Of a stretch of 64,000 nucleotides of DNA, positions 8,798-17,887 are shown in pieces. The notes under the pieces were generated by a model. The model worked only from the letters and a program-made list of their open reading frames with translations, did no database searches and was not told where the DNA came from. This stretch comes from Marinicella sp. GTDB taxonomy: Bacteria > Pseudomonadota > Gammaproteobacteria > Xanthomonadales > Marinicellaceae. The stretch lies in NCBI GenBank assembly GCA_965230295.1, contig OZ246001.1, positions 96,001 to 160,000 on the forward strand, in the 5' to 3' direction. Position numbers and translations under genes: made by a program. Position 1 is the first letter of the stretch. Every line of letters begins with the position of its first letter.

Positions 8798-9856
8798 TCA
8801 TGCCCATTTTATGGTATACAGCTCGTATACATTTTTTGGCCTGGTTTCATCACCACCCACATCTGATGTTTTGTGTTCCTTCACTTGCTTAACCGGAAAC
8901 ACAGGACCTTTGTCTCCTGACGGCTTCAGCTCATCAATATTGAATTCTATGGTATGGTGATGCTCTTTAAAGATATCTGGCTGAATGGTGCCCACCATAT
9001 CACCTGAAATGGTTGACCCCTCACCCAAAGGACATCGGTCATCCGCATTGGGATCAGTGCCTGCCCCATTGTCCCATGAACGCATGAAATAACCCCTGAC
9101 ATCAGGTAATAAAGATCGGTCATTTACACCCACTCCAAATCGACCATTCAATACTGAATTTAAACGGGTCATCTGATCTGAGAGCTCTATCGGTGATTTG
9201 CATAATGACAATTGGGTTGCCGGGGGATTGGCGGTGGCTATCAATTGTTGGGTTTGGCCGATGACCCCATCAATCATACATGGTAAATTTTCTACTGCCA
9301 CATGGCCAATGTTGGCATAAATTTTACTTATTTTAATCACCGCAGCATTGGAACTGCTTTGCAGTTGAAAAGTCAATTCATTGGCTTTCGCATCAATGAA
9401 TAATTGTAATTCGATCACCATTTCATTGGCTGCCTCGCTGATCCTCACTTCTGAAGAAGCGCTGATGCCATCTGTAAGAATGGCACTTACCTGACTGCCA
9501 GCTGTGACATCAAGATGGATGCATGCAGTTACCGTTTGGTTGCGCAGGACTTGTTGCCACCTGGGAAACTCATGCAAAGCCTGTTTAAAAACCATCTTTG
9601 CACCATCATTGCTGGTTGTAATGACCAATTGATCTTCTTCAAAACCAATGTTCCCGGTGCCCCCGCTGTCTTGATATTGATAACCATCTGGCACGCCATA
9701 ATTTCGATTGGCTCCTTCACCTTCAGCATTGCTGAAATACCTGAAGTCATGGTTATAGACCAAGTTTTTTTGATTCACGGCCATGATTAAATGGTGGAGT
9801 TCGTGGTCATGAAAGTTTCGCCTGTAATCACTCAACATAGTCGTCCACCACTTCAT
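8798..9856 (-). CDS. Protein with C-terminal phage tail-collar/tail-fibre-like domain (start may be 9784)
   Basis: LPDVRGYFMRSWDNG.G.DP, VGTIQPD.FKEHHH and terminal GGDETRPKNV..Y.IK match the collar/short-tail-fibre pattern. N-terminal region is beta-rich (NLVYNHDF). Confidence 0.7.
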   Translation of the reverse strand: MKWWTTMLSDYRRNFHDHELHHLIMAVNQKNLVYNHDFRYFSNAEGEGANRNYGVPDGYQYQDSGGTGNIGFEEDQLVITTSNDGAKMVFKQALHEFPRWQQVLRNQTVTACIHLDVTAGSQVSAILTDGISASSEVRISEAANEMVIELQLFIDAKANELTFQLQSSSNAAVIKISKIYANIGHVAVENLPCMIDGVIGQTQQLIATANPPATQLSLCKSPIELSDQMTRLNSVLNGRFGVGVNDRSLLPDVRGYFMRSWDNGAGTDPNADDRCPLGEGSTISGDMVGTIQPDIFKEHHHTIEFNIDELKPSGDKGPVFPVKQVKEHKTSDVGGDETRPKNVYELYTIKWA

Positions 9857-11516
9857 GTCCTACACCGACCAACAAATTTGTTAATTCATTCAGGTATTGG
9901 GTTTTGGATTGCGAAAGTAACCGCTCAGAATTCTTATACCGGTTGTAAGCTTCCCCTGTTTTTAAGCATTCGCCTGCAGGTTCCACCACCCTTGGCCCTA
10001 TGGGTGAGGTTGCCTCAGCGTATGAACTCGGTTGTGAATTCATGAATGCAGCCCATTGTGTCCATGGTGCCAAATAGATTTCCCAACTGAATTTGTCTGA
10101 GCCATCTACTTGAATGCTGGTTTCGAGATAACTTGGGTAACTGATGGGTCGATCCACATCGAAATAAAGCACCTTTTTGATTTTGGGTTTGTATTCCAAA
10201 TTTGGAAAGCAGGCCCACATATCAACGAGCATCCCATTGATGGTCAAAATCAAACCATCTGACGATGCATCCACTTCGCCGGTACACATGTAACACGGCT
10301 TCAATGATGAAACCAATGAGATGTGCATTTTCTTGTAATGGCTGTATATGAGTTTGATTTGAATGTCAGTGGCATCAAATTCATAAAAATCACAAACCCC
10401 TGCAAACCACACAGCTCCTGAATATGCCAATTGTTTATTGGCATTATCCACAGCATCCAAACTCAGTAACAACCGCGTTTCTGCATGCCCTGATTTAACT
10501 TTACCTTTGATGTTCAGAGCCGTACACAGTTTCATCATCTCTGCCACTGAAGGGTCTACTCGTTTATCAGATATGAACAACGAAGCACCAATGTTGTAGT
10601 TATTGGTCGACAATGATTTGGCCTGATATTCGGGTGGTTCAACGCCCCATGACGGGTTCCATCTGGGCATGATGGGGTCATAGGCATACTCGCGATCCAT
10701 CACCGCCTTGATGACCGAGCCTGTCGCTTGCTTCAGACCCTTGTATCGGGGTGCTCCCATTCCTTGATCAACATTCTTTTGCATATCGACAATGGTGTCC
10801 CAAACCACCAATTGGTTGTAATTTTGAATGATGGCATACGAACTGGCTTGACCAGAATCTTTAACGGGCAAATCCAGCAACAAGAACCATGGATCAGTCG
10901 CATTGACCACGTTTCCGGGAGCTGGTATTGGGTTGTTGATGACCAGATTTGCATTGATCACCCAGTCTTTGGTTTGCGGCATGCCCGGTTGTTGCTGATA
11001 GAAGATTGCATACTGGTTGTCCATTTTTATGGTACTCAAAAGTTGAGTATTTAGTTTGGTATTGGTTTGCTCTTCTATGGTCCATATATTCAAACCTGAA
11101 TCCGCCGCATCACTGGTGAATATACTGGAGTGATTGACATAGAATAAAGGCCATAGGCTGTAAACCAATTGAGCCATGAGCTCCTCAGAATCCAGACTTT
11201 TGTCACAAAACATATCAGTCACTTTGAGCCCTATGTCTTTGGCATACATGATGTAGGCATGTAAAACACTGGGAAAAAAACCACTCATGATCAACTGTGA
11301 TGGGTCTGGTATTTCACATTTCAGATAACACCCCTCTTTAACACTGATGTGCTCAACCCCCAACATGGCAGTGTTTAGGTCTTGATTGTCATCAGTTTTA
11401 CTGGATTTATTTTGTGTTGAATTGGCTTTGGTCGCTGCCTTATTGCTTGCTTTTTTCTTACTGCTTACATTGGTATTGGTCTCACCTCTGCCATACAGGT
11501 ATATAAATTTTGACAT
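9828..11516 (-). CDS. 562-aa protein with zinc-dependent nucleic-acid deaminase motif (TadA/Bd3614-like fold)
   Basis: NIGASLF strand, GHAE (10479-10490) and SSLKPCYMC (PCYMC at 10284-10298); RBS GAGGT. Confidence 0.65.
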   Translation of the reverse strand: MSKFIYLYGRGETNTNVSSKKKASNKAATKANSTQNKSSKTDDNQDLNTAMLGVEHISVKEGCYLKCEIPDPSQLIMSGFFPSVLHAYIMYAKDIGLKVTDMFCDKSLDSEELMAQLVYSLWPLFYVNHSSIFTSDAADSGLNIWTIEEQTNTKLNTQLLSTIKMDNQYAIFYQQQPGMPQTKDWVINANLVINNPIPAPGNVVNATDPWFLLLDLPVKDSGQASSYAIIQNYNQLVVWDTIVDMQKNVDQGMGAPRYKGLKQATGSVIKAVMDREYAYDPIMPRWNPSWGVEPPEYQAKSLSTNNYNIGASLFISDKRVDPSVAEMMKLCTALNIKGKVKSGHAETRLLLSLDAVDNANKQLAYSGAVWFAGVCDFYEFDATDIQIKLIYSHYKKMHISLVSSLKPCYMCTGEVDASSDGLILTINGMLVDMWACFPNLEYKPKIKKVLYFDVDRPISYPSYLETSIQVDGSDKFSWEIYLAPWTQWAAFMNSQPSSYAEATSPIGPRVVEPAGECLKTGEAYNRYKNSERLLSQSKTQYLNELTNLLVGVGHEVVDDYVE

Positions 11517-11531
11517 TTGAATAACCTCATT

Positions 11532-11585
11532 TTTGATGATGAATCAGAACGCCCTGCACCCATCATCAAACATGTGTGCAGGACG
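11532..11585 (-). promoter_or_regulatory. Predicted H-type pseudoknot or alternative-pairing RNA element before the deaminase RBS
   Basis: Two interleaved 10-bp helices: 11576-11585 pairs with 11550-11559 (one G-U); 11561-11570 pairs with 11532-11541 (perfect). Confidence 0.55.
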
Positions 11586-11595
11586 TATGGTTAAA

Positions 11596-12210
11596 TTAAT
11601 TGTTGGGTAATACGCTCCAAGTATTACTGCCATTCAATTCAACATTCATGACTTTGGTTCCTTTGTACTGAAGTTTCAAAGCGTTGTCTGTCACTTTGGT
11701 GATATCAATCACTTCACCTTCTTCAAAGTTACCGAAAATCAACCAATAGGTAGGTTTTGGTGTGAAAATTACTTTCATATTAGGCTGTGAAGGCACATAA
11801 AAAGCACCTTTGCCGGACATGCCAATACCCACACTGGCATCATTCGATACCACTCGTTTGGTTTGGTCGATGTACAAATTACCTTCATAGTCACCCTGTG
11901 ATGCATCACTGAATGTGTATGCGCCATCTGCATAATTAAAATTCACATGATTCAATGTACTTAAGTTGGCATTCCAGGACTGGCTTGATTTAACAATGGT
12001 TCCAGGCTCTAGATCAGTGGTTTTTGACCAAACAAAACTGTAATCAATGCCCCATTCGAACTCTAAATGCGATGTGGGATGTGCTGGTTTTGCGAGCCAA
12101 GCCAATGTGGTGATACCAGGCACATTGACATCCGGCAATTCTTGAAATATACAGAAGCTACCAGTTTGTGTAGAGTTGTTTTGTACGTTTAATTTATAAA
12201 TATCAGTCAT
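11596..12210 (-). CDS. RhiA-like (rhizosphere-induced protein A) beta-rich protein
   Basis: Pattern Y.L...N.S...G.FC.FQ..P......LAW......P......F.W..DY.FVW...LEPG, plus GIGMSG and F.P.P.YW..FG.F..GEV.D, recalled as RhiA-like. RBS GAGGA. Confidence 0.6.
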   Translation of the reverse strand: MTDIYKLNVQNNSTQTGSFCIFQELPDVNVPGITTLAWLAKPAHPTSHLEFEWGIDYSFVWSKTTDLEPGTIVKSSQSWNANLSTLNHVNFNYADGAYTFSDASQGDYEGNLYIDQTKRVVSNDASVGIGMSGKGAFYVPSQPNMKVIFTPKPTYWLIFGNFEEGEVIDITKVTDNALKLQYKGTKVMNVELNGSNTWSVLPNN

Positions 12211-12392
12211 CTTAAAATTCCTCGTGTAATTAGTGTTTATTTAAATTAAGAACATTTTCTGAATGCTTTTGATGTCTTGATGACTTCCCCTCAAAATGAT
12301 CAACCGTTGTGAGGTATTTCAAATTACATTCAATGTTATTTAATGTTCATGTTTATTATATTTATTTGAATATTTGAATAACTTTTCAAACG

Positions 12393-13214
12393 TCATTTGA
12401 AACTTTGATTATGTAATTTTCGGTATTGTTTAGGGCTCATGCCGGTGATGGATTTGAAAGTGGTGGAAAAATTTGCTGCATTCTCATACCCGACTTCAAA
12501 GCAAATGGATTGGATGTTGATGTTGCTCCACTTCAGTAAATTTCTGGCTTTAACTATTCGGGCATTCCTCAACCATGAATAGGCACCTACTCCTAGTTGG
12601 TTTTTAAAAGCAATTGCCAATGAGTTTCTGTTGGTACCAAGAAACCGACAGAGGTCATCTAAAGATGAATAACTGGGCATGTTGTTCATTAAATAATGGC
12701 AGGCAGATTTCACCAAAGCCTGTTCTTTGTTTTGGGTTGTTTGATTCAGTTGCTCTTGCTCTTCGAAAATTTTCAAACTACAAGCAGCCGCATACAGTAA
12801 ATACAAATTGGTTCGGTGAACCAGTTCGACACTGCTTATTGATGTGGTGATGTAGTCATAGACTTGTTTGGCGAAAAGCCTGTCTTTTGCAGAGTTAACA
12901 TCCTTCATGATAGCAACTATCAGCATATTGGATTGTTTGATTTTCATCACTTGATCTAACAAGCCTAAATCACTGCTGCAATCTACATAAACCAGTTTAT
13001 TTCGTTCGAAGAGATTGGCGCTGAGATCCTGATTGTTTTCCGCGACAGTGACACGATAACCTTTCTCACTCAGCGTCGACTCAACCTTCTTGATGGGAGG
13101 GTTTAAATGACTGATTACCAGTAAGATGTCTTTGCCAATGTTTTTCTTGATGGTACTTTTGCAAATGTTTTCTTCTATGTATCGATTGATGATGTCGCGT
13201 TCTTTACTGATCAT
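12393..13214 (-). CDS. AraC-family transcriptional regulator with degenerate receiver-like N-terminal domain
   Basis: C-terminal LGTNRNSL..AFK and EVGYENAANFSTTFK..TG.SPKQYR; N-terminal alpha/beta region with DYI..SI...EL. Confidence 0.85.
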   Translation of the reverse strand: MISKERDIINRYIEENICKSTIKKNIGKDILLVISHLNPPIKKVESTLSEKGYRVTVAENNQDLSANLFERNKLVYVDCSSDLGLLDQVMKIKQSNMLIVAIMKDVNSAKDRLFAKQVYDYITTSISSVELVHRTNLYLLYAAACSLKIFEEQEQLNQTTQNKEQALVKSACHYLMNNMPSYSSLDDLCRFLGTNRNSLAIAFKNQLGVGAYSWLRNARIVKARNLLKWSNINIQSICFEVGYENAANFSTTFKSITGMSPKQYRKLHNQSFK

Positions 13215-13648
13215 GATTCACTTCAAACATGCATGTAGTTACTTCAATTTTTTCTGTGTTGAATACTTTTTAATATATAAAAGAACAACACCTCGCATCT
13301 TTTGGATACATCAGACTTTGATTTGAATTTGTAATTACAGGTACATTTGTTGAATCACATTCATTTTGATCAATCCGTAATCAAGTATATGAAAATCTGT
13401 CAGTTCGATATAGATCTGACAAATCAACACCAGCCGCCAATGGCGGAAAACCCCCTATATGATTGATATTTATGAACAAATAAACCTGAAAGACAGTACA
13501 TTGATGTGCGTGATGCACACTCAACTTTCTGTATCCCCCTAATAACACAGTGTAAGGAATAAATTTTCGACAGCAAGCATTATTGCAATATTTGACTTTA
13601 TATATGTGTGGTTATGAACAATTTGATTCGTGCAATCAGCACGTTATT

Positions 13649-14314
13649 TTAATCAGCATCTGAATTTTCATCGAACCCTTCGATTTGCTTATAGATGATT
13701 AAAGAATAAATAACCGGTACCAGACCAGCCGCAATGACTGCCGATATCATAAAAGAGAATGGCCATTTTAAAAACCCACCCAAAACAGTCAATAACCCTG
13801 CAATTACAAAGACCCAAGAACCCATTCGGTGTGTTTTATACCATACTTTATCTGAAGCCAAAGTCCATGGCGTCCTGATACCCAGGAAGAAGTTTCTTGG
13901 CACCTTGCTTAAGTAATTACCAATGATAATAAATAAAGCCCCCATCCCAACGAAAACCCATTGATTCATGTCAATTTCACGATTCATTCCTGCTTCGAAA
14001 GACAGCACCATGATTCCTAAGTAAAACAACGCCATAACCAAAACAATGATTTCATAAGCCTTCTTGGCTTGATCTAATTTAAACCCTTTGGGAGCAATTT
14101 TTGGCAACAGCAACAATAAGATGCTCGAAAACAAGGAAATCATCGGCATAAGGTAAACCCCCCATGGCTTATTCATATAACCATCAACTTCACCATGGAT
14201 GTTCCAATGACTGGGAATCTTTTCTGGTAATTTAGGTTCATAAACAAAGGCCACCAACCATGTGATGGCAACCACTGTGATCAGTGAAAATAAAATTTTA
14301 TTGTTCTTCATCAT
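13649..14314 (-). CDS. SdpI-family (DUF1648) membrane immunity protein
   Basis: LPEKIPSHWNIHGEVDGY and GNYLSKVPRNFFLGIRTPWTL...VW.KTHR motifs. Confidence 0.9.
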   Translation of the reverse strand: MMKNNKILFSLITVVAITWLVAFVYEPKLPEKIPSHWNIHGEVDGYMNKPWGVYLMPMISLFSSILLLLLPKIAPKGFKLDQAKKAYEIIVLVMALFYLGIMVLSFEAGMNREIDMNQWVFVGMGALFIIIGNYLSKVPRNFFLGIRTPWTLASDKVWYKTHRMGSWVFVIAGLLTVLGGFLKWPFSFMISAVIAAGLVPVIYSLIIYKQIEGFDENSDAD

Positions 14315-14591
14315 GTTCTCGGTTCAATAATCGGTTCATCAATATCAACAGTTCTTCCATGACACTGAGATTGAGGGTGTATATCCTTTGTTGTCCCTGT
14401 CTTCTGACCCTCACCAATTCTGCGTTTTTAAGGATATTTAAATGGTGTGATAATGTGGCACCGCTGAAATCGAAATGGGCTTTTATTTCTGCAACAGACA
14501 TTTCTCCTTGCTTTAACAAATTCAATATTTTTCGCCTCTGGATATCAGCTATGGCGGAAAATAACGATTCTTGTTTGGCTGTTTCTTGCAT
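14298..14591 (-). CDS. ArsR/SdpR-type autorepressor
   Basis: FSAIAD..RRKIL.LL, TLSHHL.ILK.AELV and R.GQ...Y.LN motifs; overlaps the sdpI-like start. Confidence 0.9.
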   Translation of the reverse strand: MQETAKQESLFSAIADIQRRKILNLLKQGEMSVAEIKAHFDFSGATLSHHLNILKNAELVRVRRQGQQRIYTLNLSVMEELLILMNRLLNREHDEEQ

Positions 14592-14627
14592 ATTATTTAG
14601 ATTATCATCTAATTATCTATCTGTCAA
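14592..14627 (-). promoter_or_regulatory. Sigma70 promoter with overlapping inverted-repeat operator for the arsR-sdpI operon
   Basis: Minus strand TTGACA-N17-TAATCT-N7-ATG; palindrome TTAGAT-N4-ATCTAA at 14597-14612 covers the -10 box. Confidence 0.7.
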
Positions 14628-14637
14628 TTGAATTATA

Positions 14638-15012
14638 ATGAATTCGAATGGGTTGAAGCAGCCTGAATTCAATCATGAATTTGTGTTTGCATGGGCCTCA
14701 CAGTCATCACATGAAATTATGGATACAGTTAATCTTTACGGCGAATTCCTCACCCTGTTTTTATCACTGATCATTGCAGGAACTGGTCTAAATTTAGCCT
14801 TACAAAAACCAAGCAACAAAACTTATCGGCTGGGTGATAAAGACGTGTCCAGGCAAAAAGTTCATACCGCTGGAATGTTGGCCCTATTGGGTATTGTTAT
14901 CCAAGTGGTGTCAGACAGCATAGGAGCTTTGAATGGAAAAGAGTTGTTGTTGGATGAAAAAATCATTGGCGCATATGCCTTTGCATTGGCCGTAATGATC
15001 ATGAAAAAGTAA
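14638..15012 (+). CDS. Small hypothetical membrane protein (start may be 14719)
   Basis: About three hydrophobic segments; fills the intergenic gap. Confidence 0.5.
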   Translation: MNSNGLKQPEFNHEFVFAWASQSSHEIMDTVNLYGEFLTLFLSLIIAGTGLNLALQKPSNKTYRLGDKDVSRQKVHTAGMLALLGIVIQVVSDSIGALNGKELLLDEKIIGAYAFALAVMIMKK

Positions 15013-15173
15013 CCCCAGTCATGGACAACATAAACCAATAAATCAGCAGACTTGAACAGCATCAATCAATCATCGACAGCTTACTGAATAGCAGTTAGAA
15101 TAATATGATAATAAATTGCCGGAACAACCAGGCTTTATCCAGGCCTACCCGGCCAACAGCAAGAGGAGCAATC

Positions 15174-15584
15174 ATGAATAAAGACGTTAAAATTGCAGCA
15201 ATGGTTATTGCAGCCATTATTTTAATTGCCATCATCGACAGCCCAAGCAACAGTTCATCAAGAGCTCAGCTGGCTTCAGGCAGCAGTTCGTCAGATAACA
15301 AGTCAAATCATAGTCAATCAAGCTCGACTTCTGCAGAAAAGTCCTGTTATCACAATGGGATTGAACTCAAAGGCAAGGTTCAATTTGTAGACTCATTTCC
15401 AGACCTCAAAATTAAATTCGTCAGTTCTTTTGCAGACATCAATGTTGAATTTGTTTCATCATTTCCGGATGATTGTGGCCAATGGCAAGAAGTGACCTCA
15501 TTTCCAGACTTCACCGTACAAGTGGTTGACTCATTCCCTGACATAGAAGTGAAGAAAGTCAGTTCATTTCCAGGCATGAACTGA
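15174..15584 (+). CDS. Membrane-anchored protein with V.SFPD repeats (probable 7(1) septoil-knot domain)
   Basis: RBS GAGGAG, N-terminal hydrophobic helix, Ser-rich linker, then C..NGI.L.GKV, six SF(P/A)(D/G) units and CGQWQ. Confidence 0.7.
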   Translation: MNKDVKIAAMVIAAIILIAIIDSPSNSSSRAQLASGSSSSDNKSNHSQSSSTSAEKSCYHNGIELKGKVQFVDSFPDLKIKFVSSFADINVEFVSSFPDDCGQWQEVTSFPDFTVQVVDSFPDIEVKKVSSFPGMN

Positions 15585-15678
15585 CAACAAAGCAGTACTG
15601 TTTACTCAGCAGAGGACTTGTCAGGCAACAAACAAAGCCCAATAGCCAGAGTCACAAAATATTGATTGAGAATTTAAC

Positions 15679-17619
15679 ATGAAAACAAGTTATCCCGTGA
15701 ATCCCAAGTTCGCACACACCGCCATTTGCGACAACACCAAATACCTTAAAATGTATCAGCAAAGCATTGATTCAAATGAAGATTTTTGGGCTGAACATGG
15801 CCAAAGACTGGACTGGTTTACACCATTCACTCAAATCAAAGACGTCTCTTATTCCAAGGATGACTTGCACATCAATTGGTATGCCGACGGCGAATTGAAT
15901 GTCAGTTACAACTGCATCGACAGACATTTAGCAACCAAAGGCAATCATACTGCCATCATCTGGGAAGGTGACAATCCTGAAGAGTCCAAACACATCAGTT
16001 ATGCTCAACTGCATCAGGAAGTTTGTCAATTTGCCAACACCTTAAAAAAATTAGGTGTGGTGAAAGGTGATCGCGTTACCTTGTACATGCCCATGATACC
16101 CGAAGCGGCTTATGCCATGCTGGCCTGTGCTCGAATTGGCGCCATTCATTCTGTGGTCTTCGGTGGATTTTCTCCAGATGCATTGGGTGACCGCATCATC
16201 AACTGTAAGTCGAAACTGGTGATCACCGCAGACCGTGGAATCAGGGGCAACAAAGCCATTCCCTTAAAAGCCAATGTCGACCAAGCTGCAAACAAGCCAG
16301 GGGTCAAAGACCACCTTGAATCTGTATTGGTGATCAAAACATCCGACCATGATGTAGATTGGCAAAATCATGATCATTGGTACCATGAAGTCAGTGCTGA
16401 TGTGGGTTCAGATTGCGAAGCCATACCACTCAATGCAGAAGATCCTTTGTTCATTTTATATACTTCAGGATCGACTGGTCAGCCCAAAGGCGTTTTGCAC
16501 ACATCGGGGGGTTACCTGGTTTACGCTTCAATGACCCATGAATATGTATTTGACATACACCCAGGCGACATTTATTGGTGCACCGCTGATGTGGGTTGGA
16601 TCACTGGTCACAGTTATGTGGTTTATGGACCATTGGCCAATGGTGGCACCACTTTGATGTTTGAAGGGGTGCCCAATTACCCTGATTTCAGCCGCTTCTG
16701 GCAAATTTGTGACAAACACCAGGTTAACGTGTGTTACACCGCCCCCACCGCCATCAGGGCTTTGATGAAAGAAGGTGATGACCCAGTTAAATTGACAGCC
16801 AGGAAGTCTCTACGGGTACTTGGCACTGTCGGTGAACCCATCAACCCAGAAGCATGGAAATGGTACCATGAAGTGGTTGGTGATGAACGCTGTCCCATTG
16901 TGGATACCTGGTGGCAAACAGAAACGGGTGGTATCATGATCACCCCTTTACCTGGTGCCACAGATCTCAAACCGGGCTCTGCCACCCGACCATTTTTTGG
17001 TATCAAACCTGCTTTGTTAGACAATGAGGGTCAAGAATTGTCAGGCGTCAGTGCCGGCAACTTGGTCATCACAGACTCATGGCCAGGCCAAATGCGCACT
17101 GTATTTGGAGACCATGACCGATTTTATGCCACCTATTTTGCCGCCTTTGACAACGTCTACACCACAGGAGATGGTGCCAGGCGTGATGAAGACGGTTATT
17201 ACTGGATCACTGGTAGAACCGATGATGTGCTGAATGTTTCCGGCCATCGCATGGGTACTGCTGAAGTAGAAAGTGCTTTGGTTGCGCATGCAGGCGTGGC
17301 CGAAGCTGCGGTGGTGGGTTATCCGCATGAAATCAAAGGCCAAGGCATTTATGCCTATGTCACGTTGGTTAATGGGGTCAGTGAAAGTGAGGATCTCAGG
17401 TCTGAATTGGTACAATGGGTGCGCAAAGAAATTGGACCCATTGCCACTCCAGATAAAATTCAATGGGCTCCGGGTTTACCTAAGACACGCAGCGGTAAGA
17501 TCATGCGCAGAATATTGCGCAAAATCGCCGCCAATGAACACCATGACCTTGGCGACACATCAACATTGGCCGAACCAGAAGTGGTGACCAACTTGATCAG
17601 TAACCGCTTGAACAGGTGA
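15679..17619 (+). CDS. acs: Acetyl-CoA synthetase
   Basis: [31 protein letters not shown] and [12 protein letters not shown]. Confidence 0.97.
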   Translation: MKTSYPVNPKFAHTAICDNTKYLKMYQQSIDSNEDFWAEHGQRLDWFTPFTQIKDVSYSKDDLHINWYADGELNVSYNCIDRHLATKGNHTAIIWEGDNPEESKHISYAQLHQEVCQFANTLKKLGVVKGDRVTLYMPMIPEAAYAMLACARIGAIHSVVFGGFSPDALGDRIINCKSKLVITADRGIRGNKAIPLKANVDQAANKPGVKDHLESVLVIKTSDHDVDWQNHDHWYHEVSADVGSDCEAIPLNAEDPLFILYTSGSTGQPKGVLHTSGGYLVYASMTHEYVFDIHPGDIYWCTADVGWITGHSYVVYGPLANGGTTLMFEGVPNYPDFSRFWQICDKHQVNVCYTAPTAIRALMKEGDDPVKLTARKSLRVLGTVGEPINPEAWKWYHEVVGDERCPIVDTWWQTETGGIMITPLPGATDLKPGSATRPFFGIKPALLDNEGQELSGVSAGNLVITDSWPGQMRTVFGDHDRFYATYFAAFDNVYTTGDGARRDEDGYYWITGRTDDVLNVSGHRMGTAEVESALVAHAGVAEAAVVGYPHEIKGQGIYAYVTLVNGVSESEDLRSELVQWVRKEIGPIATPDKIQWAPGLPKTRSGKIMRRILRKIAANEHHDLGDTSTLAEPEVVTNLISNRLNR

Positions 17620-17887
17620 TAAGTAAACTGTGTACGCTGCTATTCACCACCCAAATTCCTTCATATTCATCCAACATTTAACACCCTCATTCATTGTTGG
17701 ACAAAAGGTCACTTGTGGATATCTGAAGACCCTAGTGATGAGCGCATTGTTCATAACTTGAACCATTAGCCGAACCATCAAGCGAACCATTTAAAGGAAT
17801 GTTCTTGGGGCTTCATTCTGGGAAATGGTCTGACAGGTCTTCATATTTGCTGCGCAAATAAACCGACCTTTACAGACTATTGTCTGA

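Noticed and set aside
8798-13214. Prophage remnant interpretation of the accessory locus
   Set aside because: No integrase, terminase, capsid, tail tube or att-like direct repeats were seen; only one collar-like domain is present.
13126-13326. 66-aa plus-strand ORF upstream of the AraC gene
   Set aside because: It overlaps the AraC gene antisense, has AT-rich low-information sequence and lacks an RBS.
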